Assembly: GCA_947644715.1 (NCBI GenBank)
Contig: CANSAP010000010.1
Coordinates: forward strand, 718-64,717
Reading direction: 5' to 3'
Length of the DNA stretch: 64,000 nucleotides
DNA from: an uncultured Bacteroidales bacterium
Lineage (GTDB): Bacteria > Bacteroidota > Bacteroidia > Bacteroidales > Muribaculaceae
Shown: positions 56,254-64,000 of the stretch, in pieces
Layout: every line of letters starts with the position of its first letter
Position numbering within the stretch: the stretch's first letter is position 1
Translations under genes and position numbers: made by a program
The notes under the pieces: generated by a model
Databases searched by the model: none
Told to the model about the DNA's origin: nothing
The model's input: the letters and a program-made list of their open reading frames with translations, nothing else

Positions 56254-56346
56254 CAGATATAGACAAATTAGGAAATTAGAAAAGGAGCGAAGCTGCCCGT
56301 AGCGGGCTGCTCGCACTCCTTTCCGTGAGTTTGGTTAAGCTTGGGC

Positions 56347-56994
56347 TTACTCTGCCTTTGCGGCGGCACCACGGGCAGCACGGGTGAGCTGCACGGCGCA
56401 TACCACAGCGTTCTTGGCGTTCATGAGCTCGAGGCCCTCGAAGTGGAGGTCGCCAACGGCGAGGCTCTTGCCGAGGCCGAGGTGGTCAACGTTTACAACG
56501 AGACGCTCGGGAATCTGCTCGATGTTAGCCTTAACGCGGAGCTTACGCATGGAAAGGGTGAGCTTACCACCGGCCTTAACACCTTCGGCGTGGCCTTCAA
56601 TCTGCACGGGCACTTCCATTACGATGGGCTTGCCGGGGGTTACTTCGAGGAAGTCGATGTGGAGCACGGTGTCCTTAACGGGCTGGAACTGGAGGTCTTT
56701 CATAACCACAGTGCGCTTTTCGCCGTTGAGATCCATTTCAATCTCGAAGATGTCGGGGGTGTAGATGAGCTTGCGCACGTCTTCACCCTTCACGGTGATG
56801 TCGGTGGTGATGATGCCACGCTTGGAGTCGATTTCAACAATCTTCTCGCCCTCTTTGAGGGTGCCTGCGTAGGGGAGTTCAACGAGTTTGCCGCCGTTGA
56901 TAACTGCGGGGATGCAGCCTGCTGCACGCAGAGCCTTTGTGGCTTTCTTGCCACCCTCGGTGCGGGGTGTGGCGCTGAGCTGGAATTTCTTCAT
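56347..56994 (-). CDS. rplY: 50S ribosomal protein L25 / general stress protein Ctc
   Basis: Long-form (215 aa) L25 with a C-terminal Ala/Lys tail. The pth-rplY neighbourhood is typical. Confidence 0.92.
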   Translation of the reverse strand: MKKFQLSATPRTEGGKKATKALRAAGCIPAVINGGKLVELPYAGTLKEGEKIVEIDSKRGIITTDITVKGEDVRKLIYTPDIFEIEMDLNGEKRTVVMKDLQFQPVKDTVLHIDFLEVTPGKPIVMEVPVQIEGHAEGVKAGGKLTLSMRKLRVKANIEQIPERLVVNVDHLGLGKSLAVGDLHFEGLELMNAKNAVVCAVQLTRAARGAAAKAE

Positions 56995-57169
56995 TGTCTT
57001 TTGAAAAAATAAGAATGAGTGTTACTAAAAATAAGTTGTCGCGCAGGATACTCGCACCCTCATTGGCGGACCTCCCCTCGGAGGCTACCCGCTGGAGGGC
57101 AACAGATTTCCCATCACACTTGGCCTTCGGGCAGCGGCGGGGTTGATGCCGGGTGCGCGAAAACCGCCG

Positions 57170-57177
57170 CAAAGGTA
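57170..57177 (-). promoter_or_regulatory. -7 promoter box (TACCTTTG on the minus strand) for rplY-pth
   Basis: Plus-strand caaaggta. Implies a ~165-nt GC-rich leader before the ATG at 56994. Confidence 0.55.
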
Positions 57178-57178
57178 C

Positions 57179-57214
57179 AAAAAAATTCTCACGCGTGCAA
57201 GTGCGCGTGAGAAT
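57179..57214 (-). terminator. Rho-independent terminator of malQ
   Basis: 11-bp stem attctcacgcg / cgcgtgagaat followed on the minus strand by a T7 run. Confidence 0.85.
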
Positions 57215-57244
57215 TGGTTTATGCGGTGTGTCGCACTCCGGGGC

Positions 57245-59926
57245 TTAACGGCCTGAGTGGCGGATCTTGTCGGTGATTATGGAGTTGAACTCGGTCTGCT
57301 TCATGAGGCTCTCCACGGTGAGGTGCATGCGGTAGCGCCAGTAGTGACGGGAGATGGCCGGGATGTTGATTTGCTCGTCGGCGGGGTTCTCGCGGCGGAG
57401 CTTGCCATCGGTGCTGAGCCAGTCCTGAAGCGGGAGAATGCAGAGCATGGAGGGGGAGTCGAGCTGGAGGTCTACGATGCGTGAGCAGATCCAGGGTTCT
57501 GCGAAGTAGGGTGCTTCGCCACCTTCATGCAGCACTTGGTTGTAGAAGCGTTGAGCCATTGCGTGGTCGCTCTCCCACCAGCCGCGGATGCCGGGCATGT
57601 CGTGGGTTGAGGAGGTGCAGACGCTGTAATAGGGGTAGGCCCAGGTGTTTCCGAATTCGACTGAGGGGTCTTTGGGCATACGCTGAATCTCGAGGCTGAG
57701 AATCTGGAGATTGTGCATGACGGCCGGAACGCAGTCGGGAATCATGCCGAGGTCTTCTGCGCAGCAGAGCATTGATGTGGAGTCAATGAGGGGAGGAAGC
57801 TTCCACATTGCTTTGCCATACCAGAAGTCGTTGTGGCGATGATAGAAGAAGTCGTTGTAGAGGCGGTCGAAGCACCAGCGTTCGTAGTCGCTCAGGCAGC
57901 GGTACTGATGGGTGAACTGGGCTGCGATGCGGGGGTGGTATTTGCCTTTCTCGTAGGGGTCTTCAATGAAGAGGACGTTGTCGATGAGGCCGAGCAGACC
58001 CTGGCAGATGCGGTCGTTCTCGTCAGTGTGTTCGAGAGTGCCGAAGTATGCGGCTACTTTCTTTTGGGTGTTGACGAGCTCTTTGAGTTCGTAGCGGTCG
58101 CCACCGACGTGGGTGAGGTAGTTTTCTTTGGCTGCCTGTGTGTATGGGCCGAAGAAGTCGGTGAGCATCCATTCGAGGATGAGGGGGCGTGCCTGTACTT
58201 CAGGGTTAATCCAGAAGTCGAATTCCTGACGGAGGGCGTCGGGGGTGAAGGGGAGAGCGGGGTGGAAGACGCCGAGCAGGCCATGGAGTGCATCGGTGGG
58301 AATCTGCCAGATGCGGAAGAAGCCGAGCACGTGGTCAATGCGGTAAGCGTCGAAGTATTCGCTCATTTTGCCGAAGCGTGATTTCCACCAGGCGAAGCCG
58401 TCGCGGGCCATTTCTTCCCAGTTGTAGGTGGGGAATCCCCAGTTTTGTCCGAGCACGGAGAAGTCATCCGGCGGAGCGCCGGCCTGGCAGTTCATGTAGA
58501 AGAGATGAGGGTAAACCCATGCGTCTACACTTGTGCGTGAGATGCCGATGGGGATGTCACCTTTGAGGACCACTCCTTGTTTGTGGGCGTAGTCGCGCAC
58601 GGCGCGAATCTGCTTGTCGAGGTGGAACTGCAGGAAGTAGACGAAGAGCATCTCCTGCTCTTTTTCTGCGAAGAGGCGGTCTACTTTCTCGGGGGTATAT
58701 TCGGCGTATTCTCCCCATTTGTCCATTTCAGGTGTGCCGAACATGTCGCGCAGTGTGCAGAATGCTGCGTAGGGGCGGAGCCAGGCTTCGTTGGCGGCGA
58801 CGAAGTCTTTGTATGCTTTGGTGCGGCGTGTGGATGCACCTTTTTCTGCGAAGAGTTCGCGGAGGTATTCAATCTTGCCGCGGTTGACGCGTTCGTAGTC
58901 GATTTCCGGCAGGGCATTCAGCTCGCGACCCATGCGCTCGAAGTGAGCCTGACGCTCTTTATCCTTGAGTGTGCCCACTTCCTGCAGGCGCAGGTACATG
59001 GGGTGGAGGGCAAAGGTTGAGTTGGCGTTGTAGGGGTAGGAGTCGGTCCATGAGCCGGTCATGGTGGTGTCGTTGATGGGGAGGAGCTGGAGCACTTTCT
59101 GGCCGGTGAGTTTGCACCAGTCGACCATTTTCATGAGGTCCATGAAGTCGCCTACGCCGAAGTCCTCCTCAGTGCGCACGGAGAAGACGGGGATAGCTGT
59201 GCCTGCACCCTTCCAGGGAGCCAACGGATTGACGAGTCGCATTCCGGCGGCAACGAATGTTTCTTTGGAGGGATTCTCGGGAGCGAAGTCGAAGATGCGG
59301 TTGTTGCGCATTTCCCAGGCTACGGTGTCGAGAGTCTCCTTGTCGAGGATTACGAATTTGTATTCGAGGGGGAATGTGAGTTTTTCGAGGGGGAGGTTGA
59401 TTTCCCATTCGGGATAGTTGGCATCGCTCAGGCGGAGAGCTTTGCGGGGATCCCATGCGCCGAGAACTTCACCTTCGCCGGCGATGGCGAGCACCTGGCC
59501 GGGATTAATCATGGGAGCCTGTATGCGCACGTTGAGGGTGCCGGGGGCTGCTTTCACTTCGGGGGCGCGGTGTTCGCGGTTGAGCATTCCGGAGGTGAAG
59601 GCTGAGGAGTAGTAGGGCTTGTCGTAGGGCTGATCCTGCCAACGGTCGAAGATGTTGTAGCTGTCGGTGCCGCGTGAGGCTTTGAAGAGGTGGGGTTCAC
59701 CCCATTCTAGTCTCCAGGCCTGTCCGGGGGCTTTGACTATGTATCGGTATTTGAAGTCGGGGGTAGTGTCGGGCAGGTCGAGTTCGATTTGCCAGCTTTC
59801 GCCGCCGAGGTATGTGAGCTGGAGCGCGTTCTGGTCGTTGCCGGCGCCGAGCTCGGGGATATCGCCGCAGATGAAGAGGGCTTCCCCCCATTGAGTGCGA
59901 TAGTTAATGTTGAACGTTACTTTCAT
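57245..59926 (-). CDS. malQ: 4-alpha-glucanotransferase (GH77) with N-terminal CBM20-type starch-binding domains
   Basis: 893 aa. N-terminal MKVTFNINYRTQWGEALFICGD (CBM20-like, duplicated) and GH77 core (LQLLPINDT, RIDHVLGF, CAEDLG). Confidence 0.92.
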   Translation of the reverse strand: MKVTFNINYRTQWGEALFICGDIPELGAGNDQNALQLTYLGGESWQIELDLPDTTPDFKYRYIVKAPGQAWRLEWGEPHLFKASRGTDSYNIFDRWQDQPYDKPYYSSAFTSGMLNREHRAPEVKAAPGTLNVRIQAPMINPGQVLAIAGEGEVLGAWDPRKALRLSDANYPEWEINLPLEKLTFPLEYKFVILDKETLDTVAWEMRNNRIFDFAPENPSKETFVAAGMRLVNPLAPWKGAGTAIPVFSVRTEEDFGVGDFMDLMKMVDWCKLTGQKVLQLLPINDTTMTGSWTDSYPYNANSTFALHPMYLRLQEVGTLKDKERQAHFERMGRELNALPEIDYERVNRGKIEYLRELFAEKGASTRRTKAYKDFVAANEAWLRPYAAFCTLRDMFGTPEMDKWGEYAEYTPEKVDRLFAEKEQEMLFVYFLQFHLDKQIRAVRDYAHKQGVVLKGDIPIGISRTSVDAWVYPHLFYMNCQAGAPPDDFSVLGQNWGFPTYNWEEMARDGFAWWKSRFGKMSEYFDAYRIDHVLGFFRIWQIPTDALHGLLGVFHPALPFTPDALRQEFDFWINPEVQARPLILEWMLTDFFGPYTQAAKENYLTHVGGDRYELKELVNTQKKVAAYFGTLEHTDENDRICQGLLGLIDNVLFIEDPYEKGKYHPRIAAQFTHQYRCLSDYERWCFDRLYNDFFYHRHNDFWYGKAMWKLPPLIDSTSMLCCAEDLGMIPDCVPAVMHNLQILSLEIQRMPKDPSVEFGNTWAYPYYSVCTSSTHDMPGIRGWWESDHAMAQRFYNQVLHEGGEAPYFAEPWICSRIVDLQLDSPSMLCILPLQDWLSTDGKLRRENPADEQINIPAISRHYWRYRMHLTVESLMKQTEFNSIITDKIRHSGR

Positions 59927-60015
59927 TTGACGGGAGTCTATTGAAGAATTTATTAGTTATTTCGGGTTATGGAAATGCTTTTCATGCGGGATTGGAGCCG
60001 CATGGAGTTCGGGTA

Positions 60016-60023
60016 CAAAATTA
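60016..60023 (-). promoter_or_regulatory. -7 promoter box (TAATTTTG on the minus strand) for malQ
   Basis: Plus-strand caaaatta, 90 nt upstream of the ATG at 59926. Confidence 0.5.
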
Positions 60024-60112
60024 CAAAAAAATTACCGGATGGCCACGTGGGTCACCCGGTAAAAATCTTATGTTTTACAACATGCGTGCGTAACGCGTGT
60101 TGTCAGGCCTGT

Positions 60113-63100
60113 TTATTTGACAATCAGTTTTGCAGTGGCAGTGCCTGCGCGCACGATGTAGATGCCTGCGGGCACGCTCATGCTTTCGATGCCTGTGGAG
60201 GCGAAGGAGTAGAGACAACGGCCGTCGAGAGTATGCACAGTGACGGGTGCGCCTGCGGGTGCTTTAACGATGATACGTCCGGCGTTGGCGAAGATTGTAG
60301 CGGCTGCATCGGCGGGGAGAGTGTTGACTGAGCTGTAGACTACTTCCACGGGATTCGAGAAGATTGATTCGCCGTCGGTGTAGGTGGCGGTGACGTGGTA
60401 GAGGTAGTTGGTGTCAGGGTCAAAGTCGGTGTCGATGTGTTCGGTTTCGCCAAGGCCTTCCACGAGGAGTTTCTTGTCGCGGTAGACGTTGTAGCCGGTG
60501 AGCTCTACGTCGGGCTGTGCGGGAACGTATTCGAAGTCGTCGAGCATGAAGCCGAATGCGTTCTCACTCTGGCAGACGATTGCGAAGTAGCGGGTGCCTG
60601 CGGGGAGCTGGAAGGATTGTTTGAGCCAGCTTTCGGAAGTGAGGGTGATGTTCTCGCGCAGGGGAGTGAAGTCGGCGGGGTCATTGCCGGAGCGTGAGAT
60701 CATTACGGAGTATTTCTCTGCGAACTGTGAGCCGAGCATTGCTTTTGTGTAGAAGCTGATGGTCTGAGCGTGTCCGGAGAGCGGGGGCGAGATGAGCCAG
60801 TCGTTGTTGACGTCGGCGCTGGGGAAGCTGACGAGGCAGCGGTCGCCTGAGTGGGCTGTTGCGAGCAGGCTGACACCGGCGTTCTTGGGGTTGAAGACGA
60901 TGTAGGCCTGGGGGTCGCCGGCATGGTTCCATGTGAATGAGCCCATGGATGATGATATGCCGGGCATTGTAGTGGCTTTGTCGAGGTCGAGCAGTGTCCA
61001 GGCTCCGATGTTTTCGATTGCGAAGTCGGGATAGTTTTCGATGTCGTCGGTGACGGCCACTTCGTAGGGGTAGGTCTGAGCGTCGCTCCAGAAGAGGTGG
61101 ATGCCCTGTTCAGTTGAGTTCACCTGGAGGTCGGTTACGTAGGGGAGGTTGGGAGCTTCGACGCGTATGCGCATTTCCTGGCTGTCGTTGAAGCGGTTTT
61201 CGTCACCTTCTACGCTGACGGTGGCGCGGAGTGTTACGTTGCGGTCGCTTTCGTCGAGGGCGGGTTTGAAGATGAAGGGCACGGTGTAAGTTTCACCTTC
61301 GTTGAGGTCAATGTTTTTGGCCTCGATTGTTTCGCCGTCGGCGAGCAGGGTAACGGTTACGTTCTGGAGGTCTCGTGTGCCGTTGTTTTCGACTGTAACG
61401 TTGTAGGCGTTATCGCGGCCGAGCAGAGCGGTGTAAGGACCTGAGATGCTTGTTGCGCGAGCGTCGAGGTCGGGCTTGTCGCCGGTTATGTCGATGTAGT
61501 CGAAGTGGATGCATCCTTTGGTGCTTGAGCTGATGCAGCGGAGCACTACGGATGCGCGGGAGAGGTCGGCGAAGTCAGAGAGGTCTACTTCAATCTGTTT
61601 CCAGCCTGCCTGGTCAGCCTGCACTTTGTAGATGCCGGGGATGAGGACGAGGTCTTGCTGGATGCCGTCTACTTCGGGCACGAGGCCGATCTGCACGGTG
61701 GCGTTGGCGAGATTCTGGTCGGGTGAGCAGTAGACGCTGAAGGTGAGAACGGGGTTCTTCAGAGAGGTGAGGTTGAAGCGGGGTGAGACGTAAACGCCAA
61801 GGGCCTGTGAGCTGCTGGGGATGAATGAGAGCACACGTCCTTCGGTTGCTTCGCAGCGGGGGTCGTAGCCGACGTTGCTGGCGTTGGAGAAGGATGAGAG
61901 GATTGAGCGGTCGCCGTTCCAGGGCTTGAAGTCGCCGGTGAAGGTTTCGTGTACGGGGAGTTCGTAAGCTGCGCCGAAGAGGGCGGTTTGAGATACGTGC
62001 TCTGATTCGCCGCCGAGGGTGCGTGCCACTACGCTGAAGGTTGCGTAGAGCTGGCGTTCGGTGGATGTGCCTACGATGTCGGGGATTACTACGCTTGTCT
62101 GGTCACCGGAGAGGGTGGTTACGAGCGTGTAGTTGAAGTTTTCGTAGCGGTAGATGTCGTAAGAAAGTTGGTCAGTTGTGAGGGGCTTTCCGTCGACACC
62201 GAGCATGTCTTCGGGGTAGTTCCAGGTGAGGAGTGCGTCGCGACCGTCGGAGGCTGTTGAGAGGGTGTAGCCTTCGACATTTTTGGGTACTGCGGGCTTG
62301 GTGTTGATGGAACAGAAGAGTTCAAGACCGAGACCATACTCGTTTTCGGCCATGATGACGTAGTTGTTATCGCCGAATGTGGGTGAGGGGTCTTTGATTG
62401 TGAGCTGCGTGGTTCCGTCGGGCACGTCTACACGGCTGATGAGTCGCATGCGGTTGGAGGTGTACATGCTGAGACGTGTGATTTTGCTGACGGGTTTGCC
62501 CTCGGCGTCAAGAGTGGGGAGCTTGACGGTGGCGGCTACTTGCTCACCATCTTCTTCGATTGAGACGAGGGTAGGAGCAGCGGGTATCTGCACGGGACCA
62601 TATTCCAGCACGCGGAGGTTATCGATGGAGATGTGATCCTGCCCGTCGCTGATGACGTGGAAGCCGATGTGGTAGTCGGTTGATTTGCCGGTGAAGAGGG
62701 TGGCAAAGTTTTTGGTCTGGTCGATGGGCAGTGTGTAGTCTTCGGAGTAGATTTCGCGGGTAAGGCTTTCTTCTGTGGGGAATTCGCCTACCTTGATTTC
62801 CATGCGGGTCTGAGCGGCGATTGATGAATAGCCGCGTGAGTCGAATGAAACGCGGTAAACGTATCCATCCCTAAACTTGATGGTGGGGGTTACGAGCCAG
62901 GCGTTGACTTTGTTGTAGTAGTCGTAGTTGAGCCAGTAGATGGCATTGTAGAACTGGGGGTGCCACATGAACGTGTCGCCGTTGGAGCTTGCAATTCCCT
63001 GGGGGTCGAGCACAGTGAATGTGTTGAATGCTGACTGCGAGTCGAATGTCTCGAGGTAGGGGAGAGTGCGGGGCTGTCCGATGGTTGCGGCTGTGGTGTA

Positions 63101-64000
63101 GACGGGTGTGCTCTCGCCGTTGGGGGTTACTGCGATGACGCGGTATTGAGAGAAGGTCTGCACGTAGTCGGGGGTATCGGTGAATGTGCACTCTTTAAGC
63201 CCTTCGGCGATTACGTCGAGGCCGGGAGCACGCATGATTTTATAGGTCACGTCGGCGGGGTCGAACACACCTCCGTTGACGGTTCCGGTGGGAGCGTCCC
63301 ATGTGAGGGTTACGCTTTCGCGGTGGGGAGTGTATTCGGCGCGGAGGTTGGTGACGGGTGAGGGAAGGTCATCGCCACCGAAGATTCCGATGTATGCGGG
63401 AATGCTGCGGTCAGCGGGCAGGTCGCGGGCGATTACGTAGGCTTTAACGGTGTGTTTGCCCTCGCTCAGGGTGAGGGGTGCGCTCGTGCGGAAGCTTTGT
63501 CCGGGAGTGTAGTATTGAGGACCGCGTGAAGCCACGGGCTTTCCGTCGAGGTAAAGTTCGTAGGTCATTTCTTTACCTGAGGGGATGGCGGTTCCGTCAT
63601 AGTACTTTGAGGGGAAAGTGAACTCTACGTTGCCCTCGGTGGTCTTGCCGTCGGTGTAGACGAATTTCAGGTCGGCTACCGGTGCGGGTGCCTTGGGGTG
63701 AGAGTCTACGAGGTAGAGTGATGAGAAGACTTCGTTTTCGGGGAAGTTCTTTGCGAGGGTTGCGGCACCGGTGGTTGTGTCGATTTCAAACAGGCCGGTG
63801 AGGTAGGACTCTTCGTAGTATGAGTTATAGGTGTATGTGCGAGTAGTCCAATAGAGCTTCCCGGTGCGGTGGTCAAAGCAGAGGCCGCAGTAGTCAGACT
63901 TTTGGTTGTAACCGGTGTCGCCCACTTTGGTAGTTGCGCCGGTGTTCTTGTCGATTTTGTAGAGGGCGGTTGCCTGGGGAAACTTTGTATCGCGTGCGAT
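60113..64000 (-). CDS. Giant T9SS-sorted surface protein (N-terminus outside the window) with Fn3/Ig-like repeats and a cleaved-adhesin/choice-of-anchor-J-like domain
   Basis: The frame stays open to base 64000. The C-terminus ...VPAGIYIVRAGTATAKLIVK is a T9SS CTD. The internal block ...NDWLISPPL...YSVMIS...FMLDDFEY resembles cleaved-adhesin/CoA-J domains. Confidence 0.65.
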   Translation of the reverse strand: MARDTKFPQATALYKIDKNTGATTKVGDTGYNQKSDYCGLCFDHRTGKLYWTTRTYTYNSYYEESYLTGLFEIDTTTGAATLAKNFPENEVFSSLYLVDSHPKAPAPVADLKFVYTDGKTTEGNVEFTFPSKYYDGTAIPSGKEMTYELYLDGKPVASRGPQYYTPGQSFRTSAPLTLSEGKHTVKAYVIARDLPADRSIPAYIGIFGGDDLPSPVTNLRAEYTPHRESVTLTWDAPTGTVNGGVFDPADVTYKIMRAPGLDVIAEGLKECTFTDTPDYVQTFSQYRVIAVTPNGESTPVYTTAATIGQPRTLPYLETFDSQSAFNTFTVLDPQGIASSNGDTFMWHPQFYNAIYWLNYDYYNKVNAWLVTPTIKFRDGYVYRVSFDSRGYSSIAAQTRMEIKVGEFPTEESLTREIYSEDYTLPIDQTKNFATLFTGKSTDYHIGFHVISDGQDHISIDNLRVLEYGPVQIPAAPTLVSIEEDGEQVAATVKLPTLDAEGKPVSKITRLSMYTSNRMRLISRVDVPDGTTQLTIKDPSPTFGDNNYVIMAENEYGLGLELFCSINTKPAVPKNVEGYTLSTASDGRDALLTWNYPEDMLGVDGKPLTTDQLSYDIYRYENFNYTLVTTLSGDQTSVVIPDIVGTSTERQLYATFSVVARTLGGESEHVSQTALFGAAYELPVHETFTGDFKPWNGDRSILSSFSNASNVGYDPRCEATEGRVLSFIPSSSQALGVYVSPRFNLTSLKNPVLTFSVYCSPDQNLANATVQIGLVPEVDGIQQDLVLIPGIYKVQADQAGWKQIEVDLSDFADLSRASVVLRCISSSTKGCIHFDYIDITGDKPDLDARATSISGPYTALLGRDNAYNVTVENNGTRDLQNVTVTLLADGETIEAKNIDLNEGETYTVPFIFKPALDESDRNVTLRATVSVEGDENRFNDSQEMRIRVEAPNLPYVTDLQVNSTEQGIHLFWSDAQTYPYEVAVTDDIENYPDFAIENIGAWTLLDLDKATTMPGISSSMGSFTWNHAGDPQAYIVFNPKNAGVSLLATAHSGDRCLVSFPSADVNNDWLISPPLSGHAQTISFYTKAMLGSQFAEKYSVMISRSGNDPADFTPLRENITLTSESWLKQSFQLPAGTRYFAIVCQSENAFGFMLDDFEYVPAQPDVELTGYNVYRDKKLLVEGLGETEHIDTDFDPDTNYLYHVTATYTDGESIFSNPVEVVYSSVNTLPADAAATIFANAGRIIVKAPAGAPVTVHTLDGRCLYSFASTGIESMSVPAGIYIVRAGTATAKLIVK

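Overview
This 64-kb window looks like Bacteroidales-type chromosome. The evidence is TAnnTTTG -7 promoter boxes in front of most transcription units, two proteins with T9SS C-terminal sorting domains, and DUF4924/DUF4252/DUF1015-type genes. GC is high by eye. I did not recognise any rRNA, tRNA, CRISPR array, intact IS element or integrase.

Most of the ~50 genes are housekeeping: a phosphoglucomutase fragment, ligA, mltG, class II RNR nrdJ, prfC, rfbD, fbp (class 3), gdhA, dprA, purA, aqpZ, galE, holB, an AddB-like nuclease, pth, rplY and malQ. There are also two ABC-F ATPases, an ECF sigma/DUF4252 operon, a GH13 amylase and a giant T9SS surface protein.

Observations worth a second look:
1. 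Two diverged copies (25.7 kb and 45.7 kb) of a ~315-nt non-coding element. Each sits behind its own consensus promoter, shows compensatory base-pair changes and has a terminator-like 3' end. The copies lie upstream of unrelated lipoprotein genes. I cannot assign the element to any RNA family I know.
2. A visibly AT-rich 2.6-kb islet (19.9-22.5 kb) between nrdJ and prfC. It contains two inward-facing, 5'-truncated phage gene fragments (one clearly TerL, one tentatively portal-like). They flank a Panacea/SocA-type antitoxin translationally coupled (TAATG) to an uncharacterised 139-aa putative toxin, plus a HicB-like gene killed by an in-frame TAA.
3. A ~260-bp nested perfect palindrome between aqpZ and galE.
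4. Two inverted arrays of 9-nt TGAGAG/CTCTCA units next to a four-helix-bundle gene.
5. A 19-nt palindromic motif shared by two 5' leaders.
6. A 12-bp perfect inverted repeat bracketing the fbp promoter.

All family calls come from reading the translations by eye. No database search was run.
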